Numbered from the stretch's first letter, positions 1 through 8,908 are shown. The stretch is DNA of 33,984 bases from Methanotrichaceae archaeon (GCA_963813075.1 CAWEXU010000022.1:1-33984), one strand, 5' to 3'. The notes: generated by a model not told the origin, from the letters alone. Numbers and translations: made by a program.

Positions 1-66
1 ATAATAAATCCATACATCCTTCTTGGCAACGGCAAAGGACCTTTGGAGCTGTTCTAATTGGTGCAT
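1..66 (-). CDS. ABC-2 type transporter permease, N-terminus (partial, runs off window)
   Basis: ATG at 66, 4 nt after the ABC ATPase stop; reads MHQLEQLQRSFAVAKKDVWIYY, like an ABC-2 permease start. Confidence 0.7.
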   Translation of the reverse strand, partial: MHQLEQLQRSFAVAKKDVWIYY

Positions 67-70
67 ATTC

Positions 71-1006
71 TCAGTCCTCCCCTGGTTTGTTTTTATGCGT
101 CAGGCTTACGAAAATGTCTTCCAGCGATGGCGCGAGAGTGTTCAAAGATACGATCTTCAAGTCGTGTGACCGAGCATAGTCAGTAATGCAGTCTATAGTC
201 TGATTGACATCATCCACGTATAACCTGAACTTGTCTCCCATTTTTTTAACCTTTTTAACGCAGGAGAAATTCGATAAATCCTCTGCGTCAACAATGCAAT
301 TGAAGCTCAATTCAATGGACTGAATGCCGCTGCTTGCTCGCTTTAGAGCCTCCGGGCGATCTATGGCAGCAATTACGCCGCGATTTATAATTGCGATTCT
401 CTCGCAGAGCTGACCGGCATCTTCCATATTATGGGTAGTTAAAAATACGGTCGTACCTGTCCGATTCAGCTCCCTTATGACGTCTTTAATGAGCCGAGAG
501 CTCTCCACATCCAAGCCAGAAGTCGGTTCATCGAGGATAAGAACGGAGGGCTGGTTGATAAGCGCCATGCACAGGATCAGCCTTTGCTTCATTCCTTTAG
601 AAAACCCGCGGGCAAGGCTTTCCTTCCGGTCGTAAAGGCCGAATTGCTCCAGCAGCTTCTTTGCTCGTTCCTCTCTATCCTTTTTAGGAACCCCATAGAG
701 TTCTCCCATGAGCAGGAGATTATTCCATGCCGAGAGTTCCACATAGGCATTGGACATCTCAGGGACGACGCCCATCAATTGTTTAGCTCGAATGGCGTCA
801 TCCTTGATATCGTGCCCCATAATGGCTGCCGTTCCCCCATTTGGTTTTATTATTCCCGTCAGCATTCTTATGGTGGTGCTTTTGCCGGAGCCGTTCGGTC
901 CGAGAAAGCCGAATATCTCGCCTTCTTCGACCTTGAAACTTATGCTATCCACGGCAGTGAAACTGCCATATTTCTTGGTCAGGTTATCGACTTTGATAGC
1001 GTCCAT
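71..1006 (-). CDS. ABC transporter ATP-binding protein (DrrA-like)
   Basis: Walker A GPNGSGKST, signature FSKGMKQR, Walker B LILDEP, H-loop TTH; likely start MDAIKV at 1006 (ORF extends to 1036). Confidence 0.95.
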   Translation of the reverse strand: MDAIKVDNLTKKYGSFTAVDSISFKVEEGEIFGFLGPNGSGKSTTIRMLTGIIKPNGGTAAIMGHDIKDDAIRAKQLMGVVPEMSNAYVELSAWNNLLLMGELYGVPKKDREERAKKLLEQFGLYDRKESLARGFSKGMKQRLILCMALINQPSVLILDEPTSGLDVESSRLIKDVIRELNRTGTTVFLTTHNMEDAGQLCERIAIINRGVIAAIDRPEALKRASSGIQSIELSFNCIVDAEDLSNFSCVKKVKKMGDKFRLYVDDVNQTIDCITDYARSHDLKIVSLNTLAPSLEDIFVSLTHKNKPGED

Positions 1007-1100
1007 AGCGGCCTCTTCGCCTTTCGCTGGAGTCAACTACGATTGTTTAGATGCCAGCCTGCGGAACTTTGAGTCTCAAGGCCAGTGTGCCCTTTTCTCT

Positions 1101-1385
1101 TTATTCCGTCTGGAGGGATTTCAGCACTTCCTCGACCCCATCCAGCTCGCATTTCAGCGATTCCCTGTACACCTCCAGCATCTCTATTCTTTCCTTCTTG
1201 CTCAAGAATTTGCGTTCTCCACAACCGCACATTCCGCGCGCACCGGAATGATGGATGCCGTGGTGCATGGGCAATGCATGATGACCATGTTTTTCTTCGC
1301 AGCCGCACATTTCACGCGCACCTGATTGACAGACACCGTGCATCATAGGCACAGATTCGTGACCTTGTTTTTCTCCGCAGCACAT
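1101..1385 (-). CDS. Small Cys/His-rich protein with internal repeats and C-terminal coiled coil (DUF5320-like tail)
   Basis: 94 aa; abuts the ArsR stop with GAGGTGG upstream; MCGC repeats and His clusters; tail FLSKKERIEMLEVYRESLKCELDGVEE. Confidence 0.75.
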   Translation of the reverse strand: MCCGEKQGHESVPMMHGVCQSGAREMCGCEEKHGHHALPMHHGIHHSGARGMCGCGERKFLSKKERIEMLEVYRESLKCELDGVEEVLKSLQTE

Positions 1386-1706
1386 TTATTCCACCTCTTT
1401 TTCTTCCAGCAAATCAATCACAATTCTACGGGTCTTCAGCTTCCACACCTTCTCCGGCGTGCCACCCTTGACCTCCCGGTAAGAGGCTAGCTCGACGATT
1501 CCAGCCTGCTTGAGGGCTGAGAGGTGATAGTAAAGCCCGGCCGGAGACATCTCTTCGCCAAGCCGTAGCTGCTCATAAATCTCCTTCGTGCTCTTCTCAC
1601 CGGTTCCAATGCAGCGAATGATATTCCATCTCGTGGGGCAGTGCAATGCTCGGATGTACCGCTGAATGCTCCGCAGAGGTCCGGGAAGATCTGGATTTCG
1701 ACACAT
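1386..1706 (-). CDS. ArsR-like winged-helix transcriptional regulator
   Basis: ALHCPTRWNII...SPAGLYYHLSALKQAGIV...GGTPEKVW wHTH pattern. Confidence 0.85.
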   Translation of the reverse strand: MCRNPDLPGPLRSIQRYIRALHCPTRWNIIRCIGTGEKSTKEIYEQLRLGEEMSPAGLYYHLSALKQAGIVELASYREVKGGTPEKVWKLKTRRIVIDLLEEKEVE

Positions 1707-1843
1707 AAGCTTAGACCTTGAATTGTTTAGCTGTTACTCTAATTATTCAAGTCAATGACTTTAAAGCTTTTGGTGTATTCGGACAGATAATCCATTCATA
1801 CTTTAATCTCATCTGCAATAAGATAACAAGGGAGGATCAAGAT

Positions 1844-2125
1844 ATGGAGAAATTCTTGGGAATAGTCCAGGATGGCAGGTTCTCGGTCTTGTTGCCGCGT
1901 TCGGAATGTTGCGCAGTCAAGCTAACCCGCATTGCTAGACCGGCATCAATAGCCGATGAGCTGGCAGCATCCCATGAGATCGATCTGGCAGAGCATGAGG
2001 GCAGGGCAATCATGGTCACCGGTGTCCTTCCTGAGCGCAAGGGATGGCTCTATGAGGCCAATGTGATCGATCAGGCAGGACCGATACTAACGGAGTTGGT
2101 AAAGGAAACCTTCCGCTCAGGATGA
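1844..2125 (+). CDS. Hypothetical protein (93 aa)
   Basis: GGAGG upstream of ATG 1844; protein-like sequence MEKFLGIVQDGRF with a CC pair. Confidence 0.7.
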   Translation: MEKFLGIVQDGRFSVLLPRSECCAVKLTRIARPASIADELAASHEIDLAEHEGRAIMVTGVLPERKGWLYEANVIDQAGPILTELVKETFRSG

Positions 2126-2130
2126 CTCGC

Positions 2131-2415
2131 TCAAAAAGAGGTGAGGTGACTGGAGTGGTTATAGACCGAGGATCTGTAAGTTGTGGCACCTGATCCGTTA
2201 GCCTTTTTGACTTCGCAACGCTCATCCAACTTGATGCCGTATCTCTCGGCGATTTCGGCATAAATGTTCTGAATATTGTCCAGGCACGAGGCAAAAGCTG
2301 CGATCTCCTGGGCAGAGATCACCTTTTCGGAGCACAAATGCTGACTGATGTGATCCAGGAGGAGCTACGCCAGGGCGGCACAGTTGGCATGGCATCGACA
2401 TTGATTTGTTCGCAT
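2131..2415 (-). pseudogene. Small hypothetical ORF interrupted by in-frame TAG
   Basis: MRTNQCRCHANCAALA*LLLDHISQHLCSEKVISAQEIAAFASCLDNIQ...; TAG at 2365-2367. Confidence 0.4.
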
Positions 2416-2471
2416 CTTTTCATCCCAACGGGTTCATCTGCTGATTCAATCACCTCAATAACCTCCTAAAC

Positions 2472-3267
2472 TCAAAGCGATGAGCAGGAGACTGTCTGCC
2501 CACCTTCTTGTTCTTTTTTCAGCGCTGCAAAGGAGTGCTTACCCCTGGAATGGGGAAGTGCCTTTTTATTCAGATATTCGAGATGCTGGATTATATCCGG
2601 TAGATAAGATGCCGGGAATCCCAGCACCGCCTCGCCAGAGGCCATGTCTGTGGCATCGCGGCAGCCGTAGCAGCCGAAGCTGAAGTTCAGCCTCCTCTCC
2701 AGATAAAGGTATCACTGTGGTGTCAACACAAGTGGCCTGGAGAACGGCGGTGGAGGTTTGCACCCGCGCACCTCCCCGGGCATGCATATAAGAGAGGACG
2801 ATCCACATCAACTTCTCCACCTCGTCCTCAACCACTACCAGATCCGGCAATTGATCCGCCTTCTCCAGAGGGAAGAGGTGAATTTGCCCGATGGCCCCCT
2901 TCTCCAGATGCGGCATCTGCTCGAACATCTCCTGAGCCACCTTCTCCTCGGAAACAATTCCAAATCCCACCAGGCCTTTTCCCGTGCGCAGTGGTTCTGG
3001 CAGCGGCCGAAATCCAAAGGCTCGGGCAGCAGCCGGACAGGAAATGCCTCCTGCATCCAGCACCACGTTCTGGCCGTGGCGGGCGCGCATGAGTGCCTGG
3101 CAGTAGCGATGGCGATCAAGCACCTTCGCTCCTTCAACTACCTCCTCAGCTTTAAGAAAACGCACTCCAACGGGAGAGGCAAAGAGCCCCAGGATGGTCT
3201 TCATCCGGGCGCCCATCTCTCGCATCTCTTTAATAGCATCTACTGGCATTTCTTCCTGTCTAGACAC
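2472..3267 (-). pseudogene. DUF169 family protein, frameshifted
   Basis: SPVGV..RYCQA..ISCPAA..ATC; after one extra base at about 2705-2707 another frame continues YLERRLNFSFGCYGCRDATD...SCSSL* to 2472. Confidence 0.85.
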
Positions 3268-3622
3268 AGCAACCGCCCTCGCAGCAGCCGCTCTTCTCCT
3301 CAGTCTCCTGTTTTCCTTTTATCTTCCCCTCCTCTATGAGCTGCTTTTTTACTTTGGACCAGATTTTCTCTCTCTTGTAGATCTCTCTTATCGTCTCTTT
3401 ATCGGGGAATGAGATGGCTTCTCCCATGCACAGATTGGCACAGGTGTTGCAGCCCACAATACACTGATTGGGCTTAGCCACCACCGGGCCTTCATCATTC
3501 CATTCGTAGACGTTCCTTCCGCAGTTCATGCACATCCCGCACTTCACGCACTTCTCGCGATCAATGCTGGGATGCCAGTCTATCTTCTCTCTCGGATATC
3601 CAACAAGCCATGCCATATTCAT
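3260..3622 (-). CDS. 4Fe-4S dicluster ferredoxin-family protein
   Basis: CVKCGMCMNC and CIVGCNTCANLC motifs; C-terminal GCCEGGCCV. Confidence 0.9.
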   Translation of the reverse strand: MNMAWLVGYPREKIDWHPSIDREKCVKCGMCMNCGRNVYEWNDEGPVVAKPNQCIVGCNTCANLCMGEAISFPDKETIREIYKREKIWSKVKKQLIEEGKIKGKQETEEKSGCCEGGCCV

Positions 3623-3665
3623 CTACCTCAATTCTATTGTGTTCTTGCCATCTATTGCGTTTCTA

Positions 3666-3845
3666 TCATCGATTGCATGCACATGCTATGAAGGGCTCTA
3701 TTCGCTGCCCTTCTGGGAGGGTTATCAGCAAAGGCTGATTATAGTCCAGGTATTCTGTGGTTGTATCAAGATCTATTTTTATCAGGAAATCTTCGATCTG
3801 ATCGCTCGATTGCTCCATAACCTCTGGCGTCAAAGATAATTCCAT
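3666..3845 (-). CDS. Small acidic protein (59 aa) ending CACNR; missing from ORF track
   Basis: Manual translation MELSLTPEVMEQSSDQIEDFLIKIDLDTTTEYLDYNQPLLITLPEGQRIEPFIACACNR*; co-oriented, 43 nt upstream of the ferredoxin. Confidence 0.5.
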   Translation of the reverse strand: MELSLTPEVMEQSSDQIEDFLIKIDLDTTTEYLDYNQPLLITLPEGQRIEPFIACACNR

Positions 3846-4128
3846 CCCACAACGATCAATATTGGAATTAGCAGATTCTTTTCATTCCACAAAATTTATA
3901 TAATTCCCTGTTTTTTTAACCATTTTTTTCCGCCGTGATTTGAATTATTAGCATTTTTCCTATATCAACTTTATTGGATATATACAAATATCTTAGAAGA
4001 GAGAGAGATTATAGGCCAGATAGCTCTTGCCCGATAATTTGTACAAAAAACTTATATCGAATTACTTTGATATTGGATATGCTACAAAGAAAGCTTAAAA
4101 TCAATATTATTCAAAGGAGTGGTCTGAA

Positions 4129-4911
4129 ATGGGACGAGTGGAAGGAAGAGTGGCAATAATAACAGGATCCACCTACGGAATAGGCGAGGCCATAGCCAGG
4201 GTACTGGCAAAAGAAGGTGCCGTATCCATAATCACAGGCAGGAGCAGGGAAGAAGGAAAGAAAGTAGTAGAGGCTATCCACAGTGCGGGAGGAAGGTCGG
4301 AGTACTACCCCCTGGATGTGACCGATGAGAAGAGGATTGAAGAGGTAACCAAAGCCGTCTACGAAAAATATGGCAGAATAGACATCCTGGTGAACAATGC
4401 AGGCGTGGCAGGTCCCAACAAGCCCACTCACGAGTATGCTCGTGCTGAATGGGAGTGGGTCTTCGATGTCAATGTCACCGGAGCCTTTCTCTGCACCAAG
4501 TATGTTGTGCCTTATATGCAGAGGCAGAAAAGCGGGAATATCGTTTACATCTCCTCCATCTACGGCATCATAGGTGCTCCTGACCTTCCTGCCTATCATG
4601 CCACAAAGGCTGCCAACCGGGTCATGGCCAAGATCGATGCATTGCTTTACGCTAAAGACAATATCCGCGTCAACTCCGTTCATCCTGGTTTCATCTGGAC
4701 GCCACTGGTAGAGAACTTCCTCCAGGAACAGTGCAATAAGTCGGGATTGAGCTGTGAGGAACTGAAGAAGCAACTGGACGCCAAGCATCCCATAGGCCAC
4801 ATCGGCGAGCCGGATGATATCGCATATGGTGTACTCTATCTAGTATCCGATGAAGCCAAATTTGTGACAGGCAGCGAGCTGATCATAGATGGTGGTTATA
4901 CTGCCACCTGA
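4129..4911 (+). CDS. Short-chain dehydrogenase/reductase (SDR)
   Basis: TGSTYGIG, NNAG, catalytic YHATK, IRVNSVHPG, DGG; GGAGTGG RBS. Confidence 0.95.
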   Translation: MGRVEGRVAIITGSTYGIGEAIARVLAKEGAVSIITGRSREEGKKVVEAIHSAGGRSEYYPLDVTDEKRIEEVTKAVYEKYGRIDILVNNAGVAGPNKPTHEYARAEWEWVFDVNVTGAFLCTKYVVPYMQRQKSGNIVYISSIYGIIGAPDLPAYHATKAANRVMAKIDALLYAKDNIRVNSVHPGFIWTPLVENFLQEQCNKSGLSCEELKKQLDAKHPIGHIGEPDDIAYGVLYLVSDEAKFVTGSELIIDGGYTAT

Positions 4912-4932
4912 TCATTAAATATCTAGATCTAA

Positions 4933-5337
4933 GTGATCAATATGTCAGAAACTTTAAAACAAAATGAAAAACCGGGCAAATTCATAAGCACGGTTCTTTT
5001 TACCTGTTCGGGAATTTCAAATACAGGCAAACTTACAGATATAGCGGCCAAAACGTTAAGCTTTCGCAAACCAGGTCTATTTAGGGCAATTCCTGCACAG
5101 AAAGGAGCTGAAAATTTAGAGGATGCCAAACGAGAAGGAGAATTGATTTTTGTCGTCGATGGTTGTGAGGAACACTGCGCCAAAAAGAAACTTGAGGTTG
5201 CAGGATTAGAGGCAGATATGCAGGTTGTTTTGACTCAGATTGGCATAAAGAAAACCAATCCTTCCGATATTAAATCTGAATACGTCGAACAGGTGATAAG
5301 TGCGTTAAACAGCGCAGTTAAATCCATACAGAAATAA
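4933..5337 (+). CDS. DGC-domain putative zinc-binding protein
   Basis: CSGISNTG and VDGCEEHC motifs; start may be ATG 4942. Confidence 0.85.
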   Translation: MINMSETLKQNEKPGKFISTVLFTCSGISNTGKLTDIAAKTLSFRKPGLFRAIPAQKGAENLEDAKREGELIFVVDGCEEHCAKKKLEVAGLEADMQVVLTQIGIKKTNPSDIKSEYVEQVISALNSAVKSIQK

Positions 5338-5360
5338 AATTAAAGAATAGAGTTATCAAG

Positions 5361-5885
5361 ATGAAAACCATGAAGTCAAGACAGTAGAGCGCCGGTTCCT
5401 TAGCGATCCTGCTCGCGGGGTTCCATTCTGGTTGTGGAGGTCGCAAGGAGCAAGTGGACTGGCGGCCTGGCCCCTGCTCTCCGATGGGCTCAAGTATTCA
5501 TGGACATATTCGCCCTCAGGCGGAGCTGGCTGGCCATCTGCCTATCGACCTTACCTGCAGATGAGCGGTACAGCTATGGCTTTCATCGCTTCGAGGGTGC
5601 TAGCACCCCTGGTCAACGAACTGACCCTGGGCTTCGTCTCTAGGGATACTGGTGGAAGCTTACCACAGGCTACAGGAGCCGGAACCAGTAAAAGGGCTGG
5701 ATCTTCTACTCCTGGCATCCTCAGGACTGGGCGTGTGGCTTTCGTGCTCAAGGGCAGCCATCAACATATGAGATGGAAAAAGGTTAACGGAGCCTTTTGG
5801 GATAGAACATACCACCGTCCAGTTTGAAGGGAAGAGTTGCGTCCAGGGTGTGGTGGTCTGTCTGGTGGAGAAAGGCAAGCTCTGA
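5361..5885 (+). pseudogene. Cation diffusion facilitator (CzcD/ZitB-like) remnant
   Basis: Across shifting frames: VFMDIFAL..SWLAI..LPADERYSYGFHRFE, VLA.LVN.LTL, EAYHRLQEPEPV, then directly the C-terminus FGIEHTTVQFE...CLVEKGKL*; frameshifts plus a large internal deletion. Confidence 0.8.
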
Positions 5886-5934
5886 AGCGATAGGCTTTCC
5901 TTCACTCGATGATCTTGTGCGATCAGAATGGATC

Positions 5935-5942
5935 AAAAAAAA
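5935..5942 (-). terminator. Oligo-T archaeal terminator candidate
   Basis: T8 on minus strand about 20 nt after the stop at 5964. Confidence 0.4.
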
Positions 5943-5963
5943 TACCGCGGAGATTTGAGGCTA

Positions 5964-7475
5964 TCAAGCCTTATCGGTCACCTCTATCTCCAGAACATCT
6001 TCAAAGGTTTCTGTATGGCCAGAGGCAGAGGCGGCTATGCTCACTTTGTAAATCCCTGGGGCTACCTTAGCATTCCAGATCCCTACAAATTTATATCCAG
6101 AGGTGCGCAGCAGGCTTGTACTTGCTGCCTCGGAGCCATCGGGGGCGTTTACGATGGCAGTGCAGTGCAGCGCGTTATCCTGACCAGTGGCGCTGGACTG
6201 CGACGTCTTGCCGGAGGAACTCAATTGGATGGTCCCAGATTTGTTTCCAGAGGTACTTGATGTGCCAAGAGCGAATCCTTCAAATCCGCAGGTTGAGCAT
6301 CCCTTAATCGTGAGCTTGACCTCGTCGCCTGAGGAATTGCCTGCATTAGCCATCAGTTTCTCCTGGAAGGATGCCGTTATGGTTGTAGTCGAGCCAGACC
6401 TCACCGGATTGGGCTCGGCCCTGGCCTCTGTCAGCTCATAGCCGAATTTTGGCTGATTTTCCAGCCAGTCCCGCCAGGTATAGAGCCGGGCATCATAACC
6501 GGATAGGGTCAGGGCAAACCATACTAAAGAGGCCTCAACGCCCACATTGGTGTAGACGACGACGGGCCGAGCCTTATCCAGGCCGACAAAAACCTTCTCC
6601 AGATCCTCCTGTGCCCTTACAGTCTCGTCTTCCACCACATTCTCGAAAGGAATGTTAATCGCGCCGGGGATTGAGCCTATGCTGAAGTCTCCAGGCGGCC
6701 TGGCATCCACAATCTGAGCCCCGCCGTTAACGACGAAGTCATAGGTGGCAAGAAGCTCTGGCCTGAGGGCTGGAATGTAGTCGGTTCTCGGCCTCATAGC
6801 AGACACATTGCTGGTGTTTAGTCCGGCTGCTGCCCAGTCTTCAATGCTGCCATCCAGGACTCTGACCTTTTCCTGGCCGAGATACTTGAGAATCCAGTAG
6901 CTGAAGACGGCCGGAGAGGGGCCGCCACCGCAGGGAAGGCACTCGCCTGCAATCACCAGAGAGTCATTTCGAGAAATTCCTGCCTGGCCCAAAAGCTCTG
7001 CGATCTCCCCAACGGATCTGAACCGGCCACCTTCGGCAAAAAAGTGCTCATAGTTGATATTGACTGCCCCTTCGATATATCTTGTCGCGCTGGGGCTGAT
7101 GTCCAGCACAATATCATCAGATAAGACCTCTTGAGGGGATACAAGTGCCTGGGCAAAGTTGCCTGTCCTCACTCTCGAAATACCTCCAGTAGCCGGATCG
7201 CTTTCAGGTGGGACCTGCACCTGCTCAGGAGGCGCATTCTGCGTGGTCAGTGTTATCGCTTCCTTTTCAAGCTGAGCTTTTTGCTGCTGCTCCTGCTCGT
7301 ATGCCTCCTTCTTGGCCAGCCAGCCATCCATATCGGTCCAGTCAGGACAGGTGGGACAAAATTCGCCGGTTTCTGTCCCTGCCAGGACCGGATGGGCTAA
7401 AGCCAGGCAAAGGAGGAGGAATAAGGCCAAAGCCGATGCTGACGCTATAGCTTTTCCGTCTCCGATTTTCCTCAT
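5964..7475 (-). CDS. Exported tandem-rhodanese (sulfurtransferase-like) protein with C-terminal beta-rich extension
   Basis: Signal peptide (LALFLLLCLALAHPVLA); YIEGAVNI, KVRVLDGS, IVDARP..GSIPGAINIP; CPTC, CLPC and CSTC motifs; ORF extends to 7508. Confidence 0.85.
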   Translation of the reverse strand: MRKIGDGKAIASASALALFLLLCLALAHPVLAGTETGEFCPTCPDWTDMDGWLAKKEAYEQEQQQKAQLEKEAITLTTQNAPPEQVQVPPESDPATGGISRVRTGNFAQALVSPQEVLSDDIVLDISPSATRYIEGAVNINYEHFFAEGGRFRSVGEIAELLGQAGISRNDSLVIAGECLPCGGGPSPAVFSYWILKYLGQEKVRVLDGSIEDWAAAGLNTSNVSAMRPRTDYIPALRPELLATYDFVVNGGAQIVDARPPGDFSIGSIPGAINIPFENVVEDETVRAQEDLEKVFVGLDKARPVVVYTNVGVEASLVWFALTLSGYDARLYTWRDWLENQPKFGYELTEARAEPNPVRSGSTTTITASFQEKLMANAGNSSGDEVKLTIKGCSTCGFEGFALGTSSTSGNKSGTIQLSSSGKTSQSSATGQDNALHCTAIVNAPDGSEAASTSLLRTSGYKFVGIWNAKVAPGIYKVSIAASASGHTETFEDVLEIEVTDKA

Positions 7476-7504
7476 TCGAAACAATTTCAAGCAAATCATA
7501 ACCG

Positions 7505-8596
7505 TCACTCCTGGGCGTCGCTGGATCTTTGCTCGATGAGCTGATTTGCCATCCAGTTCTGGTAGCTGTAGAGCCGGGCATCATAGCCCATGATCTCCAG
7601 GGCAAGCCATAAAACAGAGCCTTTGAAGCCCGTGTTTGTAAATGCTACAACCGGTTGCTCTTTATCCAAAATGAAAAAGCGCTCATCCAGCTCATTCACA
7701 TTCCTCAGCTTATCGCCATCAAGGACACTCTCATAAGGAATGCTGATGGCAGAGGGGATCGTTCCCGATCCGTACTCTAAAACTGTCCTGGCGTCTACCA
7801 CTTGAGCCTGGCCGCTCTTCACATAATTATAGCCTCCAATATACTGATCGGTGAATTGAGGTATGTATTCAGCAACAGGCCCAGTGGTCGCATTTGATGA
7901 TACCGGCAGGCCTTTATCCTTCCAGTCCTGCACATATCCGTTCAGGACCCTGACATCTTCATGCCCCAGGGATTTAAGCATCCAGTAGACATAGGCTGAA
8001 GCCGATGGCCCTCCTCCGCAGGGCAGGCACTCTCCATAGATGACCAGGGGATCATCACTGGAGATTCCGGCATTTCCGAGGATCTCTGCCAATTCCGGTA
8101 CGGATTTGAGCGAGTCCCCTTGCAGGAACTCCTGATAAGGAATGGCTATAGATCCAGAGATGTGCTCTTTGGCACTCTCGCTGACATCCAGGAGAACATG
8201 CTCATTTGAGATCTCATCAATCTCAATCATTATCTCATGCCACTTGCTAGTACTCTGCTCAGCGCTCAGATCAGCTCTCACATCTTCCTTAATAGTAGAT
8301 GCAGCACCGTCCTCCTCCTGGCCGTCCTCGCTGCCAGAAGACATATTCCATCTCTGTTTCCTCGATTCTGCGGGCCAATTTGCGCTGGCCTGAGCCTGGT
8401 CGTATATTCCGGTGCCTATCTCATCCAGCTTGGCCATGGGATCCCAGTCGCCGCCGTCATCGCAGCCGCCGCCAAGGGAAGCACATTCAGCCCCGCCATA
8501 TGCGCTCTGCGTAAGGGCCAGGGTAGCCAGCAAAAGAGCGCATGTTATGCTTTTTTTTGCATTTAGAATACTCATATCGCACCTACCTGATTTCAT
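7505..8596 (-). CDS. Exported tandem-rhodanese (sulfurtransferase-like) protein, paralog
   Basis: Signal peptide; HISGSIAIP, GECLPCGGGPS, VVDART..GTIPSAISIP, GYDARLY; start 8596 or 8575. Confidence 0.85.
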   Translation of the reverse strand: MKSGRCDMSILNAKKSITCALLLATLALTQSAYGGAECASLGGGCDDGGDWDPMAKLDEIGTGIYDQAQASANWPAESRKQRWNMSSGSEDGQEEDGAASTIKEDVRADLSAEQSTSKWHEIMIEIDEISNEHVLLDVSESAKEHISGSIAIPYQEFLQGDSLKSVPELAEILGNAGISSDDPLVIYGECLPCGGGPSASAYVYWMLKSLGHEDVRVLNGYVQDWKDKGLPVSSNATTGPVAEYIPQFTDQYIGGYNYVKSGQAQVVDARTVLEYGSGTIPSAISIPYESVLDGDKLRNVNELDERFFILDKEQPVVAFTNTGFKGSVLWLALEIMGYDARLYSYQNWMANQLIEQRSSDAQE

Positions 8597-8895
8597 GCGG
8601 CAAGCTCATCTTTTAACTTTTCTACCACCAGTGAACAGGCTTTTTCGTCATGCAGAGTCTTGGCTGCACACTGAACCGAGCAGCCATCTATGGCTATCAT
8701 CAGGCCAGCTTCTTTGGCTGATTTTACAATTCCTCCGATATGGCCGCCCACACCCGCCAGGCAGAAGAAGCTCGCAGCCTTCTCTTTAGCCAGCTGGATT
8801 GCTGCATCATTCGCGATCTGTCCCACATTCGAGCCGCCTGAGCAGGCTACTACGCGCACATCCATTGAGCTGCAGGTGCATCTCTTCTCACCCAT
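8593..8895 (-). CDS. DGC-domain putative zinc-binding protein (short C-terminus)
   Basis: ACSGGSNVGQ, FFCLAG, AIDGCSVQC; start MGEKRCTC at 8895. Confidence 0.85.
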   Translation of the reverse strand: MGEKRCTCSSMDVRVVACSGGSNVGQIANDAAIQLAKEKAASFFCLAGVGGHIGGIVKSAKEAGLMIAIDGCSVQCAAKTLHDEKACSLVVEKLKDELAA

Positions 8896-8908
8896 AATCA
8901 GGCCACCC

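Noticed and set aside
3260..3622. hgcB mercury methylation ferredoxin
   Set aside because: No hgcA cap-helix motif in the window, and Cys spacing differs from HgcB
4111..4800. Long antisense ORFs (also 584..1072, 28474..28998, 29373..30101, 31651..32505)
   Set aside because: Shadows of well-supported genes on the opposite strand
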